A stretch of DNA of 64,000 bases from contig NC_043008.1 of NCBI RefSeq assembly GCF_006345805.1, forward strand, positions 56,978,001 to 57,042,000. The letters are read 5' to 3'. The notes under the pieces were generated by a model that was not told where the DNA came from, ran no database searches, and saw only the letters and a list, made by a program, of their open reading frames with translations. Source of the stretch: Octopus sinensis (taxonomy: Eukaryota). Both the position numbers and the translations under genes were made by a program. Each line of letters opens with the position of its first letter. Position 1 is the first letter of the stretch. Below are positions 26,822-39,047 of the stretch, piece after piece.

Positions 26822-27410
26822 TACAAAAAGCAATAAAGATTCAAGTTAATTTAAATGAATTTACTTGAATATGGTACCTAACTTCGATGCACCAAAAACA
26901 AACTATACTGTTTTAACAATACAGTAATGTGGGGTGATTATAAGCGAGAAAGAAGCAACAAGAATGGATAGGTTTTTAGTACAATCGTTTCATACAAGGA
27001 CAGGCTTTATTAAAAGTTGTAAAAATTACAGCATATAAACGTGTCCCGTACTCATCAGCTAAAATACATGTGAGTTCTCTAGACATCCTAGTGGTTGAGG
27101 CTATACTCATCAAGTAATGTAGATAATTAAGTAACATAAACAGATTTCCAAAGTTCATTAAAGTTATTTAAAGATGATGTACAGTCTTATCACAGAATTT
27201 TAAAAAGGTTCTAATAGCATCACAGAGAAGGTGACCTAATCCATAGAGCACATATGAATTTCCAGAGATATGATGAGGGATTACATACTCACAGAAGACA
27301 AATTTATCCATTGTTAATCACAACGAGGTGGGTCTCAATTCCTGCTTATTAGCATTACAGAGAGGGTGAATTAATCCTTTGTATAGATGCACAATTTCCA
27401 ATGGTGTAGA
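26822..27410 (-). mobile_element. About 590-bp PLE 3'/pLTR-like fragment between (TA)n tracts, containing a hammerhead
   Basis: Bounded by (TA)n on both sides, with a complete hammerhead at 26974-27064. Confidence 0.65.
26974..27064 (-). ncRNA. Type I hammerhead ribozyme with extended stem II
   Basis: TTTTAG|CTGATGA|GTACGGGACA...TGTCCTTGTAT|GAAA|C-GATT-G|TA|CTAAAA. Stem I is 6 bp, stem III region is the near-palindrome ACGATTGT, cleavage triplet GUA. Confidence 0.85.
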
Positions 27411-27416
27411 TATATA

Positions 27417-27469
<53 letters not shown>

Positions 27470-27470
27470 T

Positions 27471-27501
<31 letters not shown>

Positions 27502-27958
27502 ATATATATATATATATATAGCAATATATATAACACTTGAAAACGGTGTAGACTTGCTTTTGGGCTTGCAAGTTATCGTTTCAGCATAAGAGGCCGATTG
27601 AATAAATATCAGGCTTAAGAGATACGAACTGGTATCTCTTTGTTCCGGTAAAACCCTTGGAGGTGGTGCCTCACACACACACACCACATAGCCTCAGTTT
27701 AATTAATAAAAGATATAAGGATAAAAGATCAATAACAAGTATTTGAATTTGTGTTGCTGGAATTTAGATGTAAAACATTGTGGTTTCATCAATATCGTTA
27801 ACCGTCTTTCGAGAAAGCTAAAGATTGTGAAAACGAAAAATGTGATTGGGAACGGAAACAAATATCAATTGTTTGTTGGTTTTACCAATAAAGTCTTTTT
27901 TCAATTATAACGCCTTGATATGGAAACAATGAAAGAAATGCTATAGTATATTGCGGTT

Positions 27959-28331
27959 GTGGAGGCGCAATGACCCGGTGGTTAGGGCAGCGGACTCGCG
28001 GTCGTAGGATCGCGGTTTCGATTCCCAGACCGGGCGTTGTGAGTGTTTATTGAGCGAAAACACCTAAAGCTCCACAGGGGATGGTGGTGATCCCTGCTGT
28101 ACTCTTTCACCACAACTTTCTCTCACTCTTACTTCCTGTTTCTGTTGTACCTGTATTTCAAAAGGGCCGGCCTTGTCACTCTCTGTGTCACGCTGAATAT
28201 CCCGGAGAACTACGTTAAGGGTACACGTGTCTGTGGAGTGCTCAGCCACTTACACGTTAATTTTACGAGCAGGCTGTTCCGTTGATCGGATCAACCGGAA
28301 CCCTCGTCGTCGTAACCGACGGAGTGCTTCC
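27959..28331 (+). mobile_element. tRNA-derived SINE family C, full length, with 11-bp TSD
   Basis: A box tgacccggtggttagggc and B box ggtttcgattccc. ATATTGCGGTT is duplicated at 27948-27958 and 28332-28342. Confidence 0.9.
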
Positions 28332-28667
28332 ATATTGCGGTTTCAGAAACCCATATTACAAAACGAAATACTATAAAGCTTAATACAACGAGAATTCCAC
28401 GTAATATCAATAGATAACAAAACTGCGAAATACTGTATTATGTAATACATACATCTCATAATTTCTCTTGTTACCCCTGTTGTATAGACAGCAGCGTTAT
28501 ATTTTCTTTTGTGTATACTTTTTATTAATTTGTGCTACATTTTTAAAAGTCATTTTGATTTATCTTTTCATGTATTTCTTTAACATGTGTATATATGTAA
28601 ATGTGCGTGAATGTGTGTATTTATATATATGTGTGTGTGCGTATATACATATATATATTATATATAT

Positions 28668-28703
<36 letters not shown>

Positions 28704-28721
28704 GTATATATAATATATATA

Positions 28722-28762
<41 letters not shown>

Positions 28763-28973
28763 CAATAATAATTCTCTAAATGAGATATAGACAGTAACTG
28801 CTCCATAACATAAGGGACTAAAGCCATCTGAATATGGCTAGGGACAGGGCAGGGTGGTGGGGGTGTTACTGTTGCATTTAGCCCCAGGCGAACATCAACG
28901 TCGCCAGATAGGCTTGAAACCATCACGGCGTCCTTTATCCTGCAAAGGGAGATAATTCCCCGATGAAGCGGAA

Positions 28974-29025
28974 ACCACACACGGACCTAGGTTTCAAGGT
29001 GTATTGCCTATCATCAACGTGTGGT
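28974..29025 (-). ncRNA. Type I hammerhead ribozyme, U3 core variant (copy 1)
   Basis: Reverse complement of 29441-29492. Confidence 0.75.
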
Positions 29026-29440
29026 AGGCCCCCGCCTCCTCGACGAACACCTCACTCTGCAAGATATTTATATATAGATTTTCAAGCAAAATACATTTGC
29101 TGATTTCGAAAATCTGTTCGACAGCAATAATAATTCTCTAAAAGAGAATTATCTCCCTTTGCAGGATAAAGGACGCCGTGATGGTGTCAAGCCTATCTGG
29201 CGACGTTGATGTTCGCCTGGGGCTAAATGCAACAGTAACACCCCCACCACCCTGCCCTGTCCCTAGCCATATTCAGATGGCTTTAGTCCCTTATGTTATG
29301 GAGCAGTTACTGTCTATATCTCATTTAGAGAATTATTATTGCTGTCGAACAGATTTTCGAAATCAGCAAATGTATTTTGCTTGAAAATCTATATATAAAT
29401 ATCCTGCAGAGTGAGGCGTTCGTCGAGGAGGCGGGGGCCT

Positions 29441-29492
29441 ACCACACGTTGATGATAGGCAATACACCTTGAAACCTAGGTCCGTGTGTGGT
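29441..29492 (+). ncRNA. Type I hammerhead ribozyme, U3 core variant (copy 2)
   Basis: CACACG|TTGATGA|T-AGG-CAATACA-CCT-T|GAAA|C-CTAG-G|TC|CGTGTG. Stem I is 6 bp, stem III is the palindrome ACCTAGGT, cleavage triplet GUC. Confidence 0.75.
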
Positions 29493-29657
29493 TTCCGCTT
29501 CATCGGGGAATTATCTCCCTTTGCAGGATAAAGGACGCCGTGATGGTGTCAAGCCTATCTGGCGACGTTGATGTTCGCCTGGGGCTAAATGCAACAGTAA
29601 CACCCCCACCACCCTGCCCTGTCCCTAGCTATATTCAGATGGCTTTAGTCCCTTATG

Positions 29658-29694
<37 letters not shown>

Positions 29695-29911
29695 GGGAGT
29701 TTAGTTCCTAGGTGATCTAAGCGTTTAGGTACGCTAGGTAAGTGCTGTAACGGATTACTGGGGTTCCTAGGTCGTAACCAAGACGGTAGTTATGAGTCAT
29801 TGCAGATTTCTGATAAAGCGGGCATATGATTGTTAAAAAGGACAACAAATGTTTAGGCGAGGCAGACATTTCAAGTCATATACGTTATTATTATTGGAAA
29901 AAAAATTCAAA

Positions 29912-29969
29912 GTCTAACAGGTGTTTCTGGGATATCTCAGATTATGGAATATTCCGTCATCAGAGAAAC
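29912..29969 (-). ncRNA. Type I hammerhead ribozyme of the PLE pLTR, slightly decayed
   Basis: TCT|CTGATGA|CGGAATAT...GATATCCCA|GAAA|CACCTG|TT|AGAC. Stem I tct/aga; stem III is one change from the palindrome ACAGCTGT. Confidence 0.65.
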
Positions 29970-30622
29970 AAATAGGGAAAAGGAGAAGGGTATAGATTAA
30001 TGAAATGACTACATAGAGGACAGGAGTAAAATAATAAGATTAAGAGACAGAAGAAAAAAGCATAAAAGTTCACAGATAAGCTTTCCGATGTTGTAAAAAG
30101 ATCCAGGTGGTGAAAGTCCTGATATTGTAAACATCCAGGAAAAAGACGCGAACATATCAACGTTCAATAACAGAATGGTAGCGGAGGTTGCCATTAAGTG
30201 GTAAAAGGAAAGAAAAGTAAATAAATACAAAGGGAGGTAGAATGAGGGGGCCATAGGGGGATTGGCTTTAGGATAAATTAAGATATATAAGCATATAGTG
30301 TCTAATGATATGGTGTACAAGGGTAGCTGAGAGGATAAGAGAGAGGATGAGGAGGTAGTGGAAGATAACGTAAAAAATAAACAGAATAGAGCAAAATGAA
30401 AGGAATTTAAAGAGAGTAGTAGGTGTCAGTGGTATTCTTCTATTCTATAGGGGTTGGAGAGGAAATCTAGTAGTAAATAGTTGTATCCATTCTGGCTAAG
30501 GCCAGTGGCTGTAAAGTTATATTTAGCAAAGGGGTTATGGGTGTGTTGGTAGTCGAAAATGGAGGAACTAGTTGAATGTTAAATTATTTAGGAGTAGGAG
30601 TTGGAATTAAATATTATGGGGT

Positions 30623-31078
30623 TTATTGGGTTAAGGTTTGAAAAGATATTAAAGATAAAGAAGTAATATTTACCACATAAATCGATGAGGTAAGGTAGAT
30701 AAAAGAGATATGAGAGATAAGGTAGATACAAGAGATATAGAGATATAGATGGGTATGTGATCGTAGGGGTTTATAAGTGCGGAACAATTTATGCTTACAC
30801 GCTGTGAAGGCCTCGTTGTGGGCTTCTTTTAAGTAAAATCCACGAACAGAGTGTTGGCCCTGATACGGGACACCTGAGTCTATTATAGCCCATGAAATTT
30901 TATATTGTATTTTTCTATTAATTAGGTGTACGTGACTGGCTAGTGATGTGAAATTACTGTTTTCTTTATATTTAAACGTATCTAAATGTGCATAATATCT
31001 CTGTTTAAAACTTGTTGTAGACCCAATATAGTAGATATAGGAGTTTTTTACTATGTTGTGAACGGTGCATTGATACAC
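30623..31078 (-). pseudogene. GIY-YIG endonuclease domain of a Penelope-like element (Naiad-like pattern), decayed
   Basis: NIVYQCTV...YYIGSTTSFKQRYYAHLDTFKYKENSNFTSLASHV...YKISWAII...PYQG...LKEA...ACKH follows the PLE endonuclease pattern VY..V..YIG..FK.RY..H..F..T.L...W.I..PY..C.LC..E..CRH. An in-frame stop lies just upstream. Confidence 0.8.
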
Positions 31079-31369
31079 GATGTTGAATCTTCACCCAAGT
31101 ATCCTGGTGATATCCTGTACTTAATGTGTATTTTTGATTATACACACACACACACAACATGTTATTTAATCAACTGCTACGAATTTATTCTCTAGAATAA
31201 AGAATAATATATATACATGAAATTATATTTGGGGATATATTTATTCTGCACACCGAAAATAGATACGCAAAGACTCTTTGCCTATATATACACGCACGTG
31301 TGACTATGTTTGTATGTATGTGTGTGTATGTTTAGATAGATTTGAATATAATACACTGCGGTATGTTTC

Positions 31370-31605
31370 CGACTAACTGCGCTCTTATTTCTAAATCCAC
31401 TGAGGGGAACGTTGGCTTTCATCCGTTGTGTGCAAACATTTAAATCTGCCTGATTGAATCTTGTATACGTCTCACTATATCCATCTCTGTTTGTCTTCCG
31501 TTCGCTTAAATTTGTAACACTATGCTTTGAGAAGTGTCTTCCGCTTTCACTAACCACGTCTTCTATATTATTAAAAAGAATACAACAGCCTACTGTCTTA
31601 AACAT
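31370..31605 (-). mobile_element. Possible Crypton (tyrosine-recombinase transposon) C-terminal remnant
   Basis: FKTVG..LFNNIEDVVSESG...KHSVTNLSERKT...TRFNQA...SGFRNKSAV resembles the Crypton/DUF3504 pattern WF..PVG.N.L...M..AG....TNHS.RKT..TRL.QAG......GHR...AV. By-eye match only. Confidence 0.4.
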
Positions 31606-33189
31606 TCTCGAGAGATATTAGAAGAATCAACCACATTCCTATTGTCAGCGACTGCAAATGACGATACCAATTAAAACTTCATCGTATTGGTCGGTGGCGT
31701 TTAAATTTGTGTTCAGCTTATTGAGTGTTAACTTTTAATTAAATACGATTTGCAATTTGTTCAGAATTTTCGTTTGTAATCTCGTAAGTCGACCCAGCTA
31801 TGATATTGGTGTTTATCCCCTGATACTTAATAACTGAATCTGAAGAAAAGAAAATAATGCATTTTTATTAATCATCTCAGCGGAATTCACCTAATCGCAT
31901 AGAGACAGTTAAGTGAAAATCTGAGGGAAGGAATACCAAACGTAATTTGTTTTCTAATTTTATGATCAACAAACCACTGTTATCAAGCTCCCAGATCGAT
32001 ACAAGAATCCCCTTTCTTTTTATTCTTCCCCTTTATCTGTCATCTTTCTTAACCTGCCCTCACACCATCCCACCCCATTCAATTGCATATCGGCATGTTT
32101 CCTTGTCCACACTTGCTATAAATGTCACGTCTTTAATGAGATCAAGAAATAATTATTGCAAGAGGACATTAATTTAATGAGATATGTTAATGTTGCCATG
32201 GCGTCATTAGGACATTCCTATTGCGTTACTATGGAGAGGCACTGAATGAGACTTTATGCGCTTGATACATATTCAATCACCAGACAGGAAGTCTACGTCA
32301 GGTATTATAACCATTGATTCTCTGTTTAGAAAAAATACGAGTACGTGGTCACAGTTGCAATGGATTTGATCCTAAGTATGTCCATTGAGTCTGGATTAAA
32401 ATAGGAACAACAACATCAAAAGTGTCGAAAAGAGCAGCTTGACTCGTGGTAAGTAAATGTGGTAAGACCATGGTAAGTAAATGATCAAGCCAATGTGCTG
32501 AGAAACCACACCAATAATACATACCCGTAGCGACATAACAGAAATAACAGCTATTCTACTCCAAAATATACGATCTCAAATTTTAAATAAAGGAGGCACA
32601 TTGGATACATAATATAGCCAACCGGGAATAGTTTCTGTACAAAAACAAACGGAAGAATCTGGCAGATAATGAATCCATTTTCCTGAAAACTATGATCAAT
32701 TGGGTCTACTTCATGCGAAACAAGAAACGCAACCACAATAGCATATTACTGTTATTTTGGTAAAACATGTTAGAAATTCGCACAAAGGATTCTCCGATTT
32801 ATGATTTACTGGGAAATATTACCGTCAAATCTATGCTTTGCTTCGTTTCTCTTTATGATAGAATTGGGAAATGCACAATATTTTTCATTGTACTTTTGAA
32901 ACGTCAATAGAAACATGTAAAGATTTGCTATTCGAGTGAGTGCGCATTTTATTGAAATCCCATTCCTTCATCAAGTGACGTGAATGAATAAAGATTTAGT
33001 TCCTAGCATTTTAGAGAATATTATATTTTCTGTCCGTCGGGAATAATTTGCGTTGAAATTTTCCTATAATGTCCATTTTATTGATTTAAGGGAAAATTTC
33101 AATTATAATAAACACCGATTTATCACCATAGCAGTTCATAATTTACGATAGATGCACCTCACACTAGAATGTACTTTAGCCATGGCTGT

Positions 33190-33780
33190 CAGCTTTAACC
33201 ATAACTCTCAGTCGCATGTGAGTATGACCTAGCATCATGCACCACGCTATCATGCTATCGTTAAACAATCCTTTTTGGTCCCTATGTATTTCCATATGTA
33301 AAAGCAGTTCCAGTAATTTTCCAGCAAGTCTCTGAATGCATAAATCCGTGGTGACTTGCATCCATCTCTATAGGTGTGAGAGTTAGGCATGTCCAGCCGA
33401 CATGGTGCGAAGAATCCAGGACAGGTACATATCCCACAGAGCAATAACACGAACAGATTTGTCTGGCAGCAAGTCGAAGAATACGCTGGCAGAAGGAAAC
33501 TACTCTTTGAGAAGATGGAAAAGCTTGCCTGGCATGGTTACGTATCCCCCTACAAGATTTTGGCCGAAACCATTCTTTAGGGTACAGTTCATGGATGGGG
33601 TAAGACACGCAGGGAAGCAGCTTACAATGCTTCAGCTCTATTACGAATAATACAGAACAGACACCAGTGATGACGCCTGACTGTAAATGCTTCTAGTGTG
33701 GTGCCCCAACAACAGGCTGCATCAGATAAGATATCGTAATAATGACGATGTAGTTCCACGCATACATACAAACCTTCTCA
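33190..33780 (+). mobile_element. Decayed RTE-clade LINE 3' portion
   Basis: HIPQSNNTNRFVWQQVEEYAGRRKLL...KLAWHGYVS...LAETIL*GTVHG matches the RTE RT C-terminus pattern HISY.EH.TN..VR.QV...G..LL...KL.W.GHV.R...L.KTILQGTV.G. Confidence 0.75.
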
Positions 33781-36326
33781 GGCCTTTCACCATATGAATC
33801 AAAGGAACATCAAGGATTTGACAGCGGGAACTGAGAAGAGGGCAGAATATGTTCTAGTCTGGTGCTTATTTTAAGCTGAGTAAATGAAACCAGCGTGAAT
33901 TCAACTAATTAAAATAGTTTGCTAGCGATACTTGATTAAATGAATTCCACCAGTCACATTATGACTGTATCATTTTTTATCTTCTTTTGCCAATTGTCAT
34001 GTGAACACTAGGCTCTGCACGTCTCTTCATCTGTAAAATGTGAAATCTAAATGTCTTCATTCATTGTGATGTTCAGATTGATTTTGCGCTTGGAGCGCAT
34101 ATTTTATTCTGGTTTAGTTACGTCACATACCAACGCATGTTCTCTGTATACACTTCTGCAGCATTAATGCTGAACAGGACTAAGGATTGTTAATAACCTC
34201 TCACCTCGCTCTTTCTGTCTCAAATGTCCCGAAGGGAAGAGTCGTGAGCTCTACCTTCTCTTCTGACCGAGTGAGTGTGGAAACGAAATTTGCTCAGCGG
34301 GTGCAAACACAGGTGTAATCACAGTTTCAAAACAAGCATGATAATAATTTATATTTTATTTGTGCATCAATCAAATCAGATATATGCAACAAGGCAAAAG
34401 TAATGTTTCAAATCAGTCCACAATACTTCTGCACACGGTCGTTTTGGCGATGACCTTTTTGCAGGAGAATGTTCAAAGCGTTTTAATTGCAGCCCGCTAA
34501 ATTTTAGTAGTGGGGGGTGGAGCACATGCACCTATTGCACCCACTGTTCCCTAGCCCTTGCATGATCAACCGATACAAAATTTTCTATGCAATGTCCTTC
34601 ACGAAAACTAGATATTTATAACCAAACAGAGAGCCAAGGTATAATTGACAAAATTGAGGTCCTACTTTCATTCCACTGGTATCTTATGTCGATTTAATCA
34701 TATCATTGATCTCCTAATTGCAATGCTTATTTGGTCCATATTTAAACAAGACTGCTTCTATACAAGCTCTAAGTATTACTATAACATTGTACATGTTGTT
34801 GTCAGTTTAATACATTGTAATTATTCTTATTATTGCCAATTTGTGTATAAATGAAGCAGTAACAAACAAAAGGATGTTCGAAACAGATGTTTATGTATGG
34901 CGACTTGTCCGCTTATATAACAATTACGTTTTCTTAATTTCTTAGTGGCGCGTTAACTCATTAATTGTATGGCGACGTCGGTATAATCTTTAAGGCATGG
35001 AAATTTTCTTAACTTTTCTCTTAATTAATTAATTAATTAAATAACTACGCAATTAAAATGGAAGCACGTAACATAGCGAGAATTAAATCATAAGAACAAC
35101 GTATGAAGAAAATCAGCGTTAATTTCTCAGCCAAATCTTAAATTAGGTTATGTCATTTTATGTTATTTCAGCAGGAGTGGCTTCGTGGTTTGGAGCGCGT
35201 AAATGCCAGTGGTAAGGTTAAGATATTCGCTTATTAGTACGATATGCGGGTTCGAATCGAACGTGATACTTAAGTGTCTTCTACCATAATATCAATTCGA
35301 TATCAATTCGATTAAACTGCCGTGTGTATTAATTTCATGCATAAACATTAACAAATCGCTAAATCATCCATAAATTTGGATAAGAAAAATATATATTATA
35401 GAGATACTTTCTGAGGAAGGCTAAGATCGAGCGGGCTGAACTGATGAAGCAAAAGAAATTGCCTAAACTGACGTTCGTGTAAAATATTCTTGATCGGCAT
35501 TTTTCGGACGATTCACGCCCCAGCTACTGTATGTTTTCATTCATTTGCGTTTCCTACAACATTAGAACCTTTTAGCTCTTATTTCTAGCAACGTAGTTTT
35601 TTAATATCGGTGTAAAGATGAGGTTTTTTTCTAATATATAAAAATAGAAGACAAGGTTAGGAAGACTGAGTAGTAACAGAAAGAATAGGCAAAATGACAT
35701 ATATGATAAGAAGCGAAAAATTAGAACACAAAAGGCATTTAAACTAGCTAGAAAATAGACTGAAAAAAGAAAAGAGATACTCATTGAAGTGTTCTATGAC
35801 GCCTTTGATGTTCCAACGCCACAAGAAATCAAACCGAGTCGTAGCAGCACAAGAGAGAGGAATGAAACAGTACGGTTGGATGTAGTGCCTAAAGGAAGAA
35901 ATATGATACTTCCCAAGGAGGAAAATCTCAAAAAGTGAGATATGATGAAAGAAAAATAAATAAAAATAGTAATATTAACTTCCAACAGAAGTCAATCTCA
36001 AAGTGGGATAAGTTGTGGCAAGAGTCCTTGATATCCCTAGTGGGGTGTGAAAGAATGGACTAGCTGAACTCTTATAAAGAGTAGAGGTCGGTAGGAGTAG
36101 TTGACACGGCGTTTTGGTATTCTCGCGAAGTTTGTGTGAACACATTGATTAAACCTCCACTGCATAATTTATATATATATATACCAACGTGTGGCCGGAT
36201 ATAAAACCCTTTCATGTGTGTGTGGGGGGGTATTCTATTTTCTACTACTATGTGATTGTCTATTTTCACACTTTCACACACGCACAAATATATATATATT
36301 ACATATATATGTACGTGTGTGTGAGA

Positions 36327-36383
<57 letters not shown>

Positions 36384-36474
36384 ATATAAGTGGTGGTTTT
36401 ATGTGTGTTTGTATGTGTCTGTATAAATATAAGTATGCATATATGTATATGTATATATATATATGTATGTATAC

Positions 36475-36491
36475 AGATGGATGGATGGATG

Positions 36492-36586
<95 letters not shown>
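36475..36586. repeat. (GATG)n(GATA)n microsatellite
   Basis: Direct run. Confidence 0.95.
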
Positions 36587-37747
36587 GTAAACGTCAGTTT
36601 CTCAGCAATAACGTAATGTTTGACTCATTCTGGTAATAGAAACATACATTCTTTTTAATATATTTGTTTGATTATTCTACTAGATTTATCGATCATATCC
36701 TTCCTAGTATTTATTGTAGCGACCTCTATAATCATGGTTTTACACACACACGCACACTTATAAATATTAGGTGTATGTATTATTTTCCGCCAGGCGCATT
36801 GCATTCATAAGGAGATGTGTAATTTGAAGTTAGAGTTAGACGTACTTGGAGAGGTTATCATGCAGTGAAACCGAACCAAGATGCATGTGATTGCCAACGG
36901 AAGCAATTAACTGACACCACAGCAATACGTGCTTCTTTATTCTGATTCTTCAATACTTGAAACGAAAAGAAAATTTGCAAAATAGTCTTGTTTCACTTTC
37001 AATTTCGTTACAAGCATCCCTCTTCATTTGTGCAAATTATTTTATTTATTTAAGAATCCATAATTAGTGTCTGTGTGTAGTTATGTATGCATATGCGTGT
37101 GTGCGTGTGTTTGTGTGTGTGTGTGCGTATGTATCTATATGTGTGTGTGTATGCGCGTTTGTGTATGTGAGTGTACGTGTGTATGGGTTCATCTGCTAAT
37201 GTTAACGAGTTTGTGATCTCATCTAGTGTGTATCTGAGTTTGTGAGTGATAACATCTTTGTAGAGGTGGAGGTTTTGTGTCGTGTTGAGAATGTGAATAG
37301 AACACATTTTGAAATCTTAATAACAAGTTTCTGTTTCAATTTGGGTGATGTGTAATTTGTTTAATTATTCATTAAACAAAAACAAGTGGCATTTTCGTGG
37401 ACTTTTCGAGATTATTGATCACCGTACCTGGAAAAACAATTCTGATGTTAACCCTTCCACCCCCAATCTGTATGTTATTTTGCACTTTTTACCTTCTAGA
37501 GATCAATCTGATTTCCCAGACCGAATTTCAAAATGTTTTACAAATCCTGTGTGATAATCCCGTATTTTTATGGGTGAGTAAGTTTGTTATGGATGACGTT
37601 CGTCTATCTAAGATGAACAGATTAGCACCGTTTCTCTTTGTGGATCCTGGGCTGAGATATTAAACCAACACTAGCTTAAAATCCACGGTTATTGTATGAC
37701 CCATGCTTTTCATATAAACCTCCTGTCTTTATCTTCTCGATCATTAT

Positions 37748-37980
37748 TTGTTTCTTTATTACCCACAAGCGGCTAAACATAGAGGGGACAAACAAGGACA
37801 GACAAAGGTATTAAGTCGATTATATCGACCCCAGTGCGTAACTGGTACTTAATTTATCGACCGCGAAAGGATGAAAGGCAAAGTCGACCTCGGCGGAATT
37901 TGAACTCAGAACATAACGGCAGACGAAATGCGGCCACGCATTTCGCCCAGCGTGCTAACGGTTCTGCCAGCTCGCCGCCT
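37748..37980 (-). mobile_element. SINE family A, full length
   Basis: ggcggcgagctggcagaaccgttagcacgctgggcgaaatgc head, gagttcaaattcc B box, gtcgactttgcctttcatcctttcg central domain and ttgtgggtaataaagaaa tail. Confidence 0.92.
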
Positions 37981-39047
37981 TTCTCTCGATCATTATTGAT
38001 TGTGAGTGCTGTATCAGAGTACGCAGTACTTTGCTACAAAGAAAACATGATGCTCGAATAGTTCAGAAAATCACTTTGCAATCTCGATATCTAAGGTTCA
38101 ATTGCACCGCAAGGCTTTCTTTATCATAATTTCGTGTCGAATCAAGCATAGTAAATGAAATTAAACTAACCGAAAATGCAATTTAAGAGCCAAGCCTACT
38201 CAATCAGTGTTAATGATATATATTTCACTGTAATATGTAGCATTTGGCTCGATATTTCAATGATTCAAAAAATGCATTTGCATCGTCGAAAGCGACGGAG
38301 TTCTATTTATATTTTAAGGCTACAATAACGTAATAATGACGTTGTATATTTAAAGCTGCAAGATATGATTTCAGTGCAAATTGGTTACCACTTCTAGCGT
38401 AGAAAACAGACTTGTACAGGCTCCTAAGCTGGTTTCAATTTTATGTGACTATTATATTGTGTTTCATCTTTCTTTTAGTCGTGTCTGTCTCATATATGAT
38501 TACTTCACATTTCAGCTGTTTCTGAAGTCACAGGTTAAGCCTCTAAGATGCTAACGTTGCAAATTGTCTTTTACTAGAAGATATCTTTGCTGTGTTTTCA
38601 AACGCTTTCTCACCTCTGGTATTTGAAGTTTATTAAACGTGTGTGTCTCTGTATGCTTCAACGTGTGTGAGAATTCGTGTGTCTGTGAGAGCGTGTGCAA
38701 TTCCTTTTTTTTTTTATCTAAATGCAATAACAGCTGCCGCAATATGTGGAGTCAGCAGACTATAACTGCGAAAAATTAAAAAGTTCTAAAGTTTTCTTTT
38801 CATTAAACATAGCTAACTCATCTCTATTTTTATGTGCCACCACCTGCACTTGCGTGCGGGGAATTTGCTTAAAAGTATATGTGTGTGAGTGTGTGTCTGT
38901 GTATGTATGTGCTCGTATATAGAAATAAATGTATATATTACTGAAACACGTCAAAATGGTAATTCCACACAAAATCTAGAAAAAAAGATCAAAAGTAGTG
39001 CACATAGCAGAAGTGGTGTCATATATACACATATCTCTCTTTCTCTC

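Larger units (their letters stand above)
28761..29660. mobile_element. Retrozyme/pLTR-like 362-nt unit in an inverted, circularly permuted arrangement within (TA)n
   Basis: Left half 28761-29142: agcaataataattctctaaa recurs at 28761 and 29123 (period 362). Right half 29146-29660 is the reverse complement (gaattatctccc at 29146 and 29508). Each half has one hammerhead. Confidence 0.85.
29694..31090 (-). mobile_element. 5'-truncated Penelope-like retroelement: GIY-YIG endonuclease, pyrimidine-rich 3' UTR and hammerhead-bearing pLTR
   Basis: Endonuclease remnant at about 30760-31090, hammerhead at 29912-29969, and a 3' end abutting (TA)n at about 29692. The 3' boundary is inferred. Confidence 0.8.

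Noticed and set aside
27959-28035. tRNA-like A/B boxes
   Set aside because: This is a SINE head with no complete cloverleaf or acceptor stem, followed by SINE body and TSD.
28729-29704. Repeated ORFs MWFPLHRG.../MMVSSLSGD...
   Set aside because: They arise from the repeated 362-nt unit, run into microsatellite, and show no protein motif.
29970-30620. SECIS element in the PLE 3' UTR
   Set aside because: No AUGA...AA...GA stem recognisable by eye, and no in-frame UGA at the cysteine positions.
35760-35940. Short open frame EKRKEILIEVFYDAFDVPTPQEIK...
   Set aside because: No clear splice sites or recognisable domain, so it cannot be supported as an exon.
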